A stretch of DNA of 33,701 nt from Ascoidea asiatica JCM 7603 (lineage: Eukaryota > Fungi > Ascomycota), in assembly GCA_001600695.1 (NCBI GenBank), contig BCKQ01000016.1, positions 240,001 through 273,701 of the forward strand, given 5' to 3'. The position numbers and the translations under genes are program-made. Of the stretch, positions 1 through 11,182 are shown piece after piece; position 1 is the stretch's first letter, and the number at the start of each line of letters is the position of its first letter. Below the pieces are notes generated by a model that saw only the letters and a list, made by a program, of their open reading frames with translations, had not been told where the DNA came from and searched no databases.

Positions 1-860
1 ACTCCTCTTCAAGTATTCCTTACACTGCTAGTTCTGAAAGTTCCAGTTCATCAGTTTATGCTTCTTCTAGTTCATCAATTTACTCCTCTTCAAGTTCTCC
101 TTGTATTACCAGCTCTTACACTTCCAGCTCTTCTATACATATAATATCAAGTTCATCAAATTTTGATTCTAGTTCAGCAATTTATTCTTCCTCAAGTGCT
201 CCATCTAGTACTAGTTCTGTAAGTTCAAGTTCTTCTCTTTACAGTTCCACAGGTTCATCAATTTATGTTTCTTCTAGCTCAGGAATTTACTCTTATTCAA
301 GTACTCCATCTATTATTAGCTCTGAAAGTTCAACATCACCAATATACTCCACTTCTAGTTCATCCATATACTTTTCATCAAGTTCTTATTTCACCACTAG
401 TTCTGAAAGTTCCAGTTCATCGATTTATGTTACTTCTAGCTCATCTATTTACTCCTCCTCGAGTACTTCTTGTACTACTAGTCCTGAAAGTTCAAGTTCT
501 TCTCCTTTTATTTCTTCAAGTTTATCAATTTATTCTCCTTCAAGCACTCCAAGTAGCACTACTGGAACTTCAATTTTTTCTTTTTATTCCTCCTCAAGTA
601 CTCCATGTACCACTAGTTCTGAAGTTCCAAATTCATCAGTATACATTTCTTCAAGTACTTCAACCTCAAATGCTCCAGTCACCCCTAGTTCCGAAACTTC
701 AAGTTCATCAATTTACTCTTCAAGTTCTTTATCTGAAAGTACTTCATTTGCCATTAGTTCTAAAACTTCAGGTATAATTTATTCTCCAAGCTCTTCAATT
801 TATTCCCAAGGCTCTTCATTGTACTCTTCATTAAGTACACCATGTTCCACTAGTTCAGAA
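1..860 (+). repeat. Degenerate Ser-rich coding tandem repeats (SSIYSSSSTPCTTSSESSSS-like units)
   Basis: Recurring DNA words such as tcatcaatttactcctcttcaagt and actagttctgaaagttccagttca. Confidence 0.85.
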
Positions 861-2135
861 TCTTTAAGTTTGTCTTTATCTATTTCTACAAATTCTTTAG
901 TTTCCAACATTGTTTCCGCTACAACTACTGAAACTGCTTACAGTGGTACTACTATAATTATTACTGTTACACAGTGTACAACTGATGGTGGAGTTAGTAT
1001 TCCTTGCACTACTTCTGAGCAAACTTTTGTTGGTACTCCTGGTACTGAAACCAAAACAAGTACTGTCACGACTGTTGTTCCAACTCTTTCTTCAACTATT
1101 AATGCTAAAGGTTCAACAATTGTATATTCCACTTCAATAGAAGTTACTAGTTATACCACTTACTGCCCACTAACAGCTACTTATTCAACATCATACCTTA
1201 CATCTACTCCAATTATAAACAAGGCTGGTTCTATTTCATATACCACTTATACCACTGCTTCAGTTTGCAGTACTGTTACAGCTCTTCCAATTGAATCTAC
1301 CATTACTTCTACTGGTGCATCAACCTCTTCCACAGTTCCCCCATTTGCTGAAATCAATACTGAAAAAGTATCTACATCTTTATTAGAATCAACTTTTTCA
1401 GAAAATTATGCCACTGGTTCACCTTCTACTGAGTTAATAGCAGGTACTGAAACAGATATTATAACAGCCAAGGCAACTACAATTGTTGTTACAGTCAATC
1501 AATGTACAATAGGAGGTAATGCTCCATGTACTGGTTTTAAACAAACATTAGTTGGTACTCCTGGCACTGCAACCAAAACAAGTGCTATTATCACTGCTGT
1601 TCCAAGCTTCTCTTCAATTATTAATGCTCAGGGTTCGACAATTATCTATTCAACTTCAATAGAGGTTACTAGTTATACTACTTATTGTCCTTTAACAGCA
1701 ACTTATTTAACTACTGGTACTACTTCTTCTCCAGTTACAAATGAAGCTGGATCTGTTTCCTATAGCACATATTCCACTTCTTCGATATGCACTACTGTTG
1801 CTCTTATTCCTGTTGAATCTACTACTTCTGTTGAATCCAGTATTGTTCTTGAATCTAACACATCCATGGAAAGCTTTTTATCTAAAAATGAAACTTTTAC
1901 TGATACTACTGATTCTACTGTTTTAACTTCCAATGCTCCTACATCGATTAGCACTTTAGCTTCTTCTACTGTTTATTCAACTAGTTTCACTCCTGCAGAA
2001 GAATCTAGCACTTCACTCACCTTAGCTTTAGAAGCCTCGCCTTCTATTGCCACTCAAGCTGTAAATGGAGGAAATTCATTAAAGATAAATTCATCCTTAA
2101 TGGGAGTAATCACTTTTGCTTTACTTTTTATTTAG
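1..2135 (+). CDS. GPI-anchored Ser/Thr-rich cell-wall adhesin / flocculin-like protein (5'-partial; starts before the window)
   Basis: Frame 3 reads open from position 3 (SSSSIPYTASSESSSSSVYASSSSSIYSSSS...) into the track ORF 819..2135, whose TTG start is therefore not the true start. Two Cys-containing repeats carry ITVTQC...SYTTYCPL (Flocculin type 3-like). The C-terminus AVNGGNSLKINSSLMGVITFALLFI* is a typical GPI signal. Confidence 0.88.
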   Translation, partial: SSSSIPYTASSESSSSSVYASSSSSIYSSSSSPCITSSYTSSSSIHIISSSSNFDSSSAIYSSSSAPSSTSSVSSSSSLYSSTGSSIYVSSSSGIYSYSSTPSIISSESSTSPIYSTSSSSIYFSSSSYFTTSSESSSSSIYVTSSSSIYSSSSTSCTTSPESSSSSPFISSSLSIYSPSSTPSSTTGTSIFSFYSSSSTPCTTSSEVPNSSVYISSSTSTSNAPVTPSSETSSSSIYSSSSLSESTSFAISSKTSGIIYSPSSSIYSQGSSLYSSLSTPCSTSSESLSLSLSISTNSLVSNIVSATTTETAYSGTTIIITVTQCTTDGGVSIPCTTSEQTFVGTPGTETKTSTVTTVVPTLSSTINAKGSTIVYSTSIEVTSYTTYCPLTATYSTSYLTSTPIINKAGSISYTTYTTASVCSTVTALPIESTITSTGASTSSTVPPFAEINTEKVSTSLLESTFSENYATGSPSTELIAGTETDIITAKATTIVVTVNQCTIGGNAPCTGFKQTLVGTPGTATKTSAIITAVPSFSSIINAQGSTIIYSTSIEVTSYTTYCPLTATYLTTGTTSSPVTNEAGSVSYSTYSTSSICTTVALIPVESTTSVESSIVLESNTSMESFLSKNETFTDTTDSTVLTSNAPTSISTLASSTVYSTSFTPAEESSTSLTLALEASPSIATQAVNGGNSLKINSSLMGVITFALLFI
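948..1823 (+). repeat. Two ~117-aa internal repeats (948..1301 and 1476..1823) containing YTTYCPL
   Basis: TTIIITVTQC...GTPGTETKTS...STSIEVTSYTTYCPLTATY...PIEST versus TTIVVTVNQC...GTPGTATKTS...STSIEVTSYTTYCPLTATY...PVEST. Confidence 0.92.
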
Positions 2136-3346
2136 ACAACATTTTTCCCAGCATAACGTTAATTCGGGAATAATGTCATTTTATATATATACTCTTTTTT
2201 TATATTTTCTTCTCGCCTGTTTATATCGGTGTTCGTTCCTCTGCATGCAGCAAGAATTGAATTATAATTTGTTCTTTGCTTTATTTCTTTTTTATTTTCT
2301 TCAATTCACTAATCATGTTACTTTTATTCTATAATTTATCTCTGAAATAATTTGGATTGATAACTAAAAAAATTTCTTCAATGAAATACATTTATTATGG
2401 TATTATAGACTTCAAATTAACCGTTCCGATTTTTATTGATTGCCATCACAATTTTTTTTATGTTTTCTGATATATTTCAAAATACCTAACTGTTCTATGT
2501 TTAAAGTTAATTATATTCAATGGAATCAAACAATTTATATATATATATTATACTCTTCAAATTCTCATTTTCAGTAAAAATACAGATTTAAGATCTCATT
2601 TTAATTCTTCTTTTAATATCAATAAAACGTTTACAAAAAATAATTACTTTCTATAAGTTCACTAGTTAAGTCTTCTAAACTAAAAAAGTAGGAAAAAGAT
2701 TATTTAAATAGGTAATAAGAATAATTCAAATATATACTGTATAAGCAAATTAGAAATTTATATACATTATCATAATTTTGCAAGTTAAATTTCAAGAAAT
2801 ATAGACAACATTAATTAGCAAAGTCTCCTCAATTCATATTTCATTCTTGTCTTTATAATCAGTTTTCCCACTTTCAGTTTTTTATTTAACTTTGTTATCT
2901 TCAAATTTTAGAATCACAGTTGACGAACAAATGAATCGGTCACCTAAGAACATTCAACAATTAAAATGAGCAACAGTTCTTTGAAAAGTTAAATTCAATT
3001 TTCCGGCTTTGTTAGAATTCTATTTCAGATCTTATCTTGGGAAGATTTTGTTTTGAAGTTTCTATTTCTTCTATTGCTTTGTTTTTGTTTATTAAATAAA
3101 ATCATTATTGACCTAAACAATTTTTTTGAAAATAAACTAATACTATTTACATATTTAGTTGATAAAAAATTTATAAGCATAAAGTATATCTTATCATAAA
3201 TTTACTTCCATTTTTATACTAAAGTTTAATTTCATCCTGAAAATCATTTCATTAAATATCAATCAATTAAACAAACCCTGCTAGAATTTAGTTAATTATT
3301 AAAATTCTGTAACTCAGAATAAATAAATTCAGATTACATTATTTAT

Positions 3347-4002
3347 TTAATCTTCGCTTTTTTCATCATTCAAATTATCATCCAGATCATCATTTTGATC
3401 ATCGTCTTGATCACCGTCTTCATCTGAATTAAAATCAAAAGAAATCCATCCCGGCCAAGCTAATTCATTTATTAATATTGACCTTATTTTTTCAATAAGG
3501 AATTTTTCAACCTTTCCAACATTTCTTAATATAGAACCATTGGAATTCAAGTTTGAAGTTGTATCATTATTAACTTTTTGATTGTGCTTATTTGAATCAT
3601 TAGTAATACGTGAAGGTATAAAAGATTTATAAGAAGATTTTTTTATTGAATTATCATTAGAATAATAATTATATATATTTTTATACATTATATCTCTATC
3701 ATTAGTTATGAAATTTGAGCTAGAATTATTACTGTTATTATTATTTAATTCTTTTTTTGAATTTTGATCTGAAATATCTAAATTTTGGTTTAAATTAGAT
3801 GAAATTGAAGAACCAATTTCCGATTCAATTTTAATATTTTTCAAAATATTTATTCTCTCATTTGATTTTGTATAATTATTTGAAAAATTACCCAAATTAT
3901 TATTTGTTGAGGAATTATAGGAAAAATTTGTTGAAGAAGTTGAAGCAGACATTGGTATATCAGATTGAATACTATTAGTATCACTATTATTGTCATTACC
4001 AC

Positions 4003-4037
<35 letters not shown>

Positions 4038-4663
4038 GAAATATTTGGTATAGTTGAATTTGCGGATTGATTTAGTGATTGATCATCATCCGATTGAAAA
4101 GAAGATGAAGGTAAAGAAGAATCATTAATATCACAAAGAAATGAAAAATTGACTAACTTTTTATTATGCAAATATGACAATATAGCTAAAGAATGAATTT
4201 GTAAATTTGATAGATTTAGTTTTATTGGTAATTGAATAAATCTTGGACAAGGATAATTCAATAATAAGTTAGCTAAAATTTCAATAAATAAATCTCCATT
4301 ATAATTAATTTCAATAATGAATTGTATATCATTATCGTTTTTAACATTATTTATTTCATTAATTTTTGGTTGATGGTTATTTATCTGAGAAGAAATATTT
4401 GTACCATTTTCACTAAAATCAGGTGGTGAAGATTCAGATAATTGTTGATCTTGATATTCATGATAAAACTCTGGAAATGGGTCAGTTATATGACGGATTA
4501 TAATTATTGGAGGTATATCACCTAATTTAAAATTCGATACTTTCACATCTTTGATATATGGAGGAAATGGTATATTTTGAATTTGATCATTCAAGAAATC
4601 TTTGAACTTGTCATTAAGCTGATTATCAGAACTAAGCTTATCCCAATTTATGTCAAAGGACAT
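3347..4663 (-). CDS. MDM12: Mitochondrial distribution and morphology protein 12 (ERMES SMP-domain subunit)
   Basis: MSFDINWDKL...IRHITDPFPEFY, LLLNYPCPRFIQLPIKL and the C-terminal ILRNVGKVEKFLIEKIRSILINELAWPGWI match Mdm12. Start placed at the ATG at 4663, not the GTG at 4708. Confidence 0.95.
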
Positions 4664-4863
4664 TTCAATTACAAAATGTGTAAATTCTGTGAGGAATATT
4701 GAAATCACTCAATTTCTCCAATTATTTTGACCAATATGAATTGAAATACTTTCAAATATAAATAAACATTTATTTTTTAGTTAAATCTTTAGCTATTGTA
4801 TATTAATACTCGTAACGTTTAACTGTTACTGGTTAACATCGCTAAATCCTTCAAGCAGTAGAG

Positions 4864-5034
4864 CCACAAAACTGGACTCATTACTGAATAACGTCTCTCT
4901 CAGTATTTACAAGCATTTAAAAGCTTATAGGTGCATTAAAAAAAACCCATCCAACTGGTATTTAATGCATAAACAAACACAAATCTGTATGTAAATGTAG
5001 TCTTAAAGTTACTTTTTTAAATCCACAATACTGG
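4864..5034. promoter_or_regulatory. MDM12/NUM1 divergent promoter with CCAC-N4-CTGG sites (4864-4875, 5023-5034; variant 4947-4958)
   Basis: CCACAAAACTGG, CCACAATACTGG and CCATCCAACTGG; the same motif recurs in five other promoters. Function is inferred. Confidence 0.55.
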
Positions 5035-5577
5035 ATTTCAAAAAGCTTTGTTATGCATTTAAATGACAAATGATGCGTTTACAGTTCTTGGTTGCATCTG
5101 TAAACCTGTCCTAACTTCCTACGTGGTTATTTTCTGTCGCCATGTATGCGGGTCTTCTCTTTTTAGGCAAAAGTTGGTGCTGTTCCTGCTTCTACGCCAT
5201 TTTTACGATCACACATCAAACAGTTGACTGATAAACAGAAAGTTTCCATTTACAGAACACCAGTTTTATTGATCAACATCAATTATCGTTGTCAAAACAT
5301 TTATTTGTCACTTGTATAAATCAATTGATATTAACAAAATAAAAAACAATGGTTATTAATTTGGCTTGAAAAAAACTTAAGAATGCTAGGCTAAATTATA
5401 TATTATAATAAATATCTTTATCAATAGTTTTACGTGTTTATTATTTCTGTATTGTATTCAATAGCTGAAACTTGAAAGACAAGTAGATTTTCAATGAATT
5501 TTACTCCTTAGAAAAGTCAAAAGAATTAGCAAAAAAAAATAAAAAAAAAAGTTTTGCAATCTCCATTTGTTTTCTGA

Positions 5578-6777
5578 ATGACTCAATTACCTATTCAAAC
5601 TTCAGACTCTGATCTGATTAATTTAAACCCTAACAATGATCTAATAAATAAAGAAATAGAAGATTTGAATAACAAAATAATTAGTTCAATTAATGATAAT
5701 CAAGGTGATGAAAATTTGAGGAAAAATAATTTCTTCAAAACAGATAAAAATAATTTGAAGTTTACTTTAGAACTTTCAAAAAATTTAATTAATCAATCAA
5801 GAGAATTAAAAGTGAAAAATTTAAATTTAGAAAATGTAGTCAAAAATTTAAATTCAAAACTTAAAGATCTTATATCTGAAAACGATTCTTTAAGTGATTC
5901 AAGTTGGCAACAAAATGTAAAAATTCAAGATCAATCAATTAAATTAGATCAAATTTCAAATGATCTAATCAAAAAAAATGAAAAAATTCAAACTTTAGAT
6001 AATCTAAATAATAATTTATCTTTAAAAAATGATGATTTAAATTCAAATCTTATTAAATTAAATGAAACTTTTAATAAAAATCAAAAGTTTTATGAAAATG
6101 AAATTTCTCTATTAAAAAAAAATATTAATGATTTAAATAATGAAAATGATGAATTAAATGAAAAATTATTACAATCAAATAAATCTTTAAAAATTCAGGA
6201 AAATAAAAATTTAAATTTACTAAATAATATCTCAGTTCAAGATCACAATATTGAAATAAAAAATGAATCAATAAATAATTCTTCAAATTTTAATGATAAT
6301 AATTCTAATACTAAAAATAACAAGAATTTAAATGAACTCAACATAACGAATCAATCAAAATTTAAAAATTTAAATTCAAAAAATTCCCAACTTGAAAATG
6401 AAACTCTAAAATCAAATTTAAAACGTGCAAATATTTCAATTTTAAATCTAAAAAAACATTTATTAAAAATCAAAAATGAAATTCAAAATTCTGGTATAAA
6501 TTTAAATATTGAGCTTGATTATAAATCTGATAATGATTCAAATATAGATGATAATGACAATGATACTGAAACTGATGATGAAAGTTTATTGAACAGTAAA
6601 GTCAAGAAAAGAAAAAATAATTCAAATTATTCAACTAATAGAAATCCTGATTTTCAGTTCAATAATGATCAAAGGCTTTTTGAATTGAATCCAAAAACTT
6701 TCAATACTCATTTTAAACAAAGTAATAAATTGTCTTTGGATTCTACCAATCTTTCAACTTCAATGAATAGTAAGTTC

Positions 6778-6827
<50 letters not shown>

Positions 6828-8700
6828 TAATATTTTAAGAAATGCAGCTTCAGATCTGTTTTTAAATTCATCTGCAACTTCATTGCTTAGCCAAACTTCA
6901 TTTTCAAATTTGAATGATCCTTCAAATTTAATATCTGCAAAAAATTTATCAGATGAGCTGAATGAAAATAAAAATCATATTATTAAACATGAATTGAATT
7001 CCACAAATGATAGTATTCCTTTGAATAATCAGTATGATATTCAAGATAGCAATAACAATAACAATGAAAATAGTTTCAAAAATAATTTAGATAATTATTT
7101 AAAATCAAATAATTTAGTAGTAGTAACTAAAGAAGAATTCAATAAACTTAATAGTTCCGTTACTTTCAAAAACTTGAATGATATTCTTGAGGGGTTAACT
7201 TCTGCTTCTGCGTCAGTTTTGAATATAAATGAGCTTAGTCATATTCCAGAATTACTGGAAGATGATTCCGATTATGAAACTCAAGAAGAAGCCATAATAG
7301 ATTCTGAATCTTATATAAATAAAGAAATATCAGCCAATAATTCTCAAAATAATTCAAAAAAAACAAGCGAATCTAAAAGAAATAGTAGAAGAAATTCATT
7401 AACTAGTTCTTTAATTAATTCAAAAAGTATTAATATAGATGACTATGTAACTAAAGCAGATGTTGAACTACAATTAAAAGATCTTCAAGATAGATTTCAA
7501 TTAATGCTAAAACATGATCGTTTAACTCCAGAAAGGCTAATAACTGAAGCTAAAAAATTGAATTTTATTTGTATTCATTTAAGAAGATTTATTCCGACAA
7601 CTGCATGTAGGCATCCAGAACCTAATAATGTTGTTGTTATTCCAACTACTTATTATAATAAACTTTCAGCATATCAAGCATTGAATATAAAAAAAGTTTC
7701 ATTAGAAGAATTTAAAGATCATGCTCAAATTCGTGGATATAAACTATCACCAATTGTTGATCCATCTAATATTTCAAATTCCACTATTGAATTGAATAAA
7801 TTATCTACAAAGATTAATTCTTCAACAAAAGAAGAAGAAAAAAATGAAGTAGTATCTAAAATAGATACTATGAAAGAAAATAATATTGAAAAAGAAAATC
7901 AATTTACATTAGATCCTAAAGCATCACCAATGACCCCAATTAAACATTCGTATATAATAAAAGAAGAGAATACATCATCATCATCATCTATTTCAGATAA
8001 TCTGGAAAAATCAAATGTTTATGATATTGAAAAATCTAGTACAGAGGATATAGATAATTCAGAAATTTATGAAAGAAGACCAATAAAAGTTTCAAAAAGA
8101 AGAAGTTTTCAATTTATTTATAGGAGACCTTCAACTACATTAACTCATATGAAATCTGATAGCAAAATTTCTTTTGATGATAGTGTTATTTTTCGATCGA
8201 ATTCAAAAAGTTTCTCAAGACAGAAATCTGGAAATAAAAGATTAAGTACAATTTCAGCCAATTTATCTTTTGAAGAAAATAAATCACCAAATAAGCCTAA
8301 TATTATTGGAGCTATTACACAAACAGTTGTTGGAGAATTTCTTTATAAATATTATAGAAGGTTAGGTCCATTGTCAGTTTTATCTGAAAATCGTCATGAA
8401 AGATACTTTTGGATTCATCCATATACTTTATCTCTCTATTGGTCAGAGAATAGTCCAGTTTTTGGAGATCCTGCAAACAATAGAACTAAGGCCTTAGCAA
8501 TAGTTGCAGTTGATGAAGTAGATGATAATAATCCTCTTCCTACTGGATTGCATCATAAAAGTATTGTTGTTTATTCAGAAAACAAACAAGTAAAAATCAC
8601 TTGCCCTTCAAGATTGAGACATAACATTTGGTATAACTCCCTCAGGTACTTGATTCAAAAAGGTTCTGTTTACACCGAAGAGGAAGCAGATACCAATTAG
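5578..8700 (+). CDS. NUM1: Num1/Mcp5/ApsA-like cortical anchor (N-terminal coiled coil, C-terminal PH domain)
   Basis: C-terminal IIGAITQTVVGEFLYKYYRR...RHERYFWIHPYTLSLYWS...DDNNPLPTGLHHKSI...KITCPSRLRHNIWYNSLRYL is the Num1-type PH domain; the N-terminus is heptad-rich. Confidence 0.9.
6778..6825 (+). repeat. (AAT)16 coding microsatellite (poly-Asn in NUM1)
   Basis: Perfect AAT run. Confidence 0.95.
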
Positions 8701-9077
8701 TCTTACTGTATACCACTTTGTTTTAAATTATTGGGTCTTTCAATCAATAGATACCAAATTCAATGGATTATTTTAAAAATAATGGACATATTGTATACTA
8801 GGAAACAATTCTAGCCGAGAAGATTAACGATTAAGTTGTTATCACTCTTACCTCTAACCAACAGTACTTTTACACTGTGACTATATGTATCGTATGTAGT
8901 AATAAGAAATAAATTCATTCACCTTTTACGAGCTTTACTTCTAGAATAACTTAAATACATTATCCAAAATCACTAATATAATTAAAACAATAAACAATAA
9001 ATAAAAAACATAAGTTTCTACAGTATGAAGTTTTACTGCTTCTTTTTTTCAGTGCCTGTTTGTGGTTTTGAATAGAA

Positions 9078-9126
9078 CCACGGTTTTGGCTTCAATCACG
9101 GTATTTCAGCAGCTCCACAAATCTGG
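9078..9126. promoter_or_regulatory. MAK11 promoter with two CCAC-N4-YTGG sites (9078-9089, 9115-9126)
   Basis: CCACGGTTTTGG and CCACAAATCTGG, followed by poly(dA:dT)-rich sequence. Confidence 0.55.
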
Positions 9127-9329
9127 TCTCTTTTTTTATCGAGCAAAATTTTTTTTGAAATTTATTTCAAATAATTTTGAAATTTAATATTTTCCAGATT
9201 TTGTAACAAAAAATATTGGAGATACTGATATTTATATATATTTGTATTGTACTTGCTATTAATTGGATTCAAATAGAAGACATCTATAAAACTTAGTGAT
9301 ACATTCATTGATATCTATTATTGCTAAAT

Positions 9330-10781
9330 ATGGGGGAGCCAGAAATAAATGTGGAAATAAAGGATGAAGATGATGGTTCTATTCTTCTGAAATCATTACT
9401 GGAGAAGAATTCTATAACAACATCTACTAATTTTAGAATTATTGTTGGTAGTTATGAACATACAATATTATGTTTATCGTTATTGTTGAATTATAAGGAT
9501 GGTGATTTAATAGGAACTCCTGTTTTTCAACCAATCTTTCATTTAGAAGCTCATTCATTATCTGTAAGAACAATGGATATTGCAAAAAGATATTTAGTTA
9601 CTGGTGGTAATGATGAACATATAAATATTTATGATTTACAAAAAAGAAAAGATATAGGTACATTATTATCACATCAAGGTTCAATAACAGCTTTGAAATT
9701 TTCCACTTTAGATAAAGGAAAATGGTTATTTTCTTCAAGTGAAGATAATAGAATTTTAATTTGGAAAACAAAAGATTGGGAAAATTATGGAATTTTGAAA
9801 GGTCATTTAAAGAAAATAAATGATTTTTCTATACATCCTTCAAATAAAATTCTAATCTCTTGTGGTGATGATAAATTAATTATATTATGGAATTTAATGA
9901 CATTTAAAAAAGCTTCAATTTTAAAATTAAAATATTTTCCAGTCAATCAATTACCCCAATTTATTAAATGGACGTCGGATGGTAATTTTTTTATTTTATC
10001 TTTAAATAATATTGTTTTGATTTATGAAATATCTAATTGTAAAATAATCAATCAATTAAATTTTATTAAAAAAAAATTATCTATTATTCACATGGATATA
10101 TTTAAAATAAATGATATTGAATATTTAACATTAGGTTTCAATAATGGTTCAATACAATTTTTCAAAATTGATGATTTAACTGAGGTTACAAAAGAACTTG
10201 AAGATTCAAATGATGAAGATTCTATGAATGAAGATGAAATTAAAGGTAAATTTAAAAAGCAATCTTTGAAAGATGAAATTTTAAATATGGTTCCATTAGA
10301 ATTAGAACCATCTTTTCAACTAGTTGGTGCTCATTCAACAAGAATTAAGGACTTTAAATTATATAATGATAAAGTCACTAAAAAACAATTTTTGATTTCC
10401 ATTTCTTCTGATGGAAAAATTGTAGTATGGGATCTTTCTTCAAATATAAAAGATCAAATTGCTGTATACCAATCTAGTGAAAGATTAACTTGTCTTTCAG
10501 TTATACGTGAAACAATTGAGAAACAAGATACAATGAAAAAAAGAAAACTAATTGAATCTGAAGATGAGAATGAAGATATAAAAACTGATTATGAGACTGA
10601 TGGTGAAGAAATTCAAAGAACTTTGTTGAATACAAATAAACCTAATTTTAAAAAAAACAAAAAAGCTTTAGTTACAATTGAAGATGAAGAACACAATGAA
10701 ATAAAACTGAAAAATAAAAAAAAAAATAAGAAAAAAAAGAATAAGAAGAGTAAAAGTATAAAAGAAGTCACTCCAAATTAA
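9330..10781 (+). CDS. MAK11: WD40 60S ribosome biogenesis factor Mak11 (PAK1IP1 family)
   Basis: FRIIVGSYEHTILCLSL, PVFQPIFHLEAHSLSVR, KRYLVTGGNDEHINIYDLQKRKDIGTLLSHQGSIT, HSTRIKDF and a Lys-rich tail. First ATG is at 9330 (the track start is a TTG). Confidence 0.95.
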   Translation: MGEPEINVEIKDEDDGSILLKSLLEKNSITTSTNFRIIVGSYEHTILCLSLLLNYKDGDLIGTPVFQPIFHLEAHSLSVRTMDIAKRYLVTGGNDEHINIYDLQKRKDIGTLLSHQGSITALKFSTLDKGKWLFSSSEDNRILIWKTKDWENYGILKGHLKKINDFSIHPSNKILISCGDDKLIILWNLMTFKKASILKLKYFPVNQLPQFIKWTSDGNFFILSLNNIVLIYEISNCKIINQLNFIKKKLSIIHMDIFKINDIEYLTLGFNNGSIQFFKIDDLTEVTKELEDSNDEDSMNEDEIKGKFKKQSLKDEILNMVPLELEPSFQLVGAHSTRIKDFKLYNDKVTKKQFLISISSDGKIVVWDLSSNIKDQIAVYQSSERLTCLSVIRETIEKQDTMKKRKLIESEDENEDIKTDYETDGEEIQRTLLNTNKPNFKKNKKALVTIEDEEHNEIKLKNKKKNKKKKNKKSKSIKEVTPN

Positions 10782-11182
10782 ATTTCAAATCGGATTTTCT
10801 ATATTAATTTTTATAATCCTTTTATATTATATAAATAATCAAAATATATCAATCAGAATAATAAATTTTATTTTTTTTTTTTCACCAGAAATCCATTAAA
10901 ATATAGTAGTAATTGATGTATAAAAAACTTCAGAGTCTGAAAAATCGTTTAACTTCTTTTTTTTTTTGCCGACTATTCAAGTATGCAGTCAAGTTAAAAG
11001 TTTCCTAAAACAGAAAATACTTCTATAAAACTTTAAGAAAGTTTTCCTGACTTGAATTTATAGTATTTTAGTATAAAAGAGAGTATATAAAAGAACATAA
11101 AATGGAGCTTTTTTATAAAAGGTTTTAATACTTTAAATACTGTTATTTTGTAATAATTTAATATTGTGAATTATTTATTTCA

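Noticed and set aside
265-777. 170-aa Leu/Val/Gln-rich ORF overlapping the adhesin in another frame
   Set aside because: Shadow frame of the Ser-rich TCN/AGT repeats; the adhesin frame runs through the whole region.
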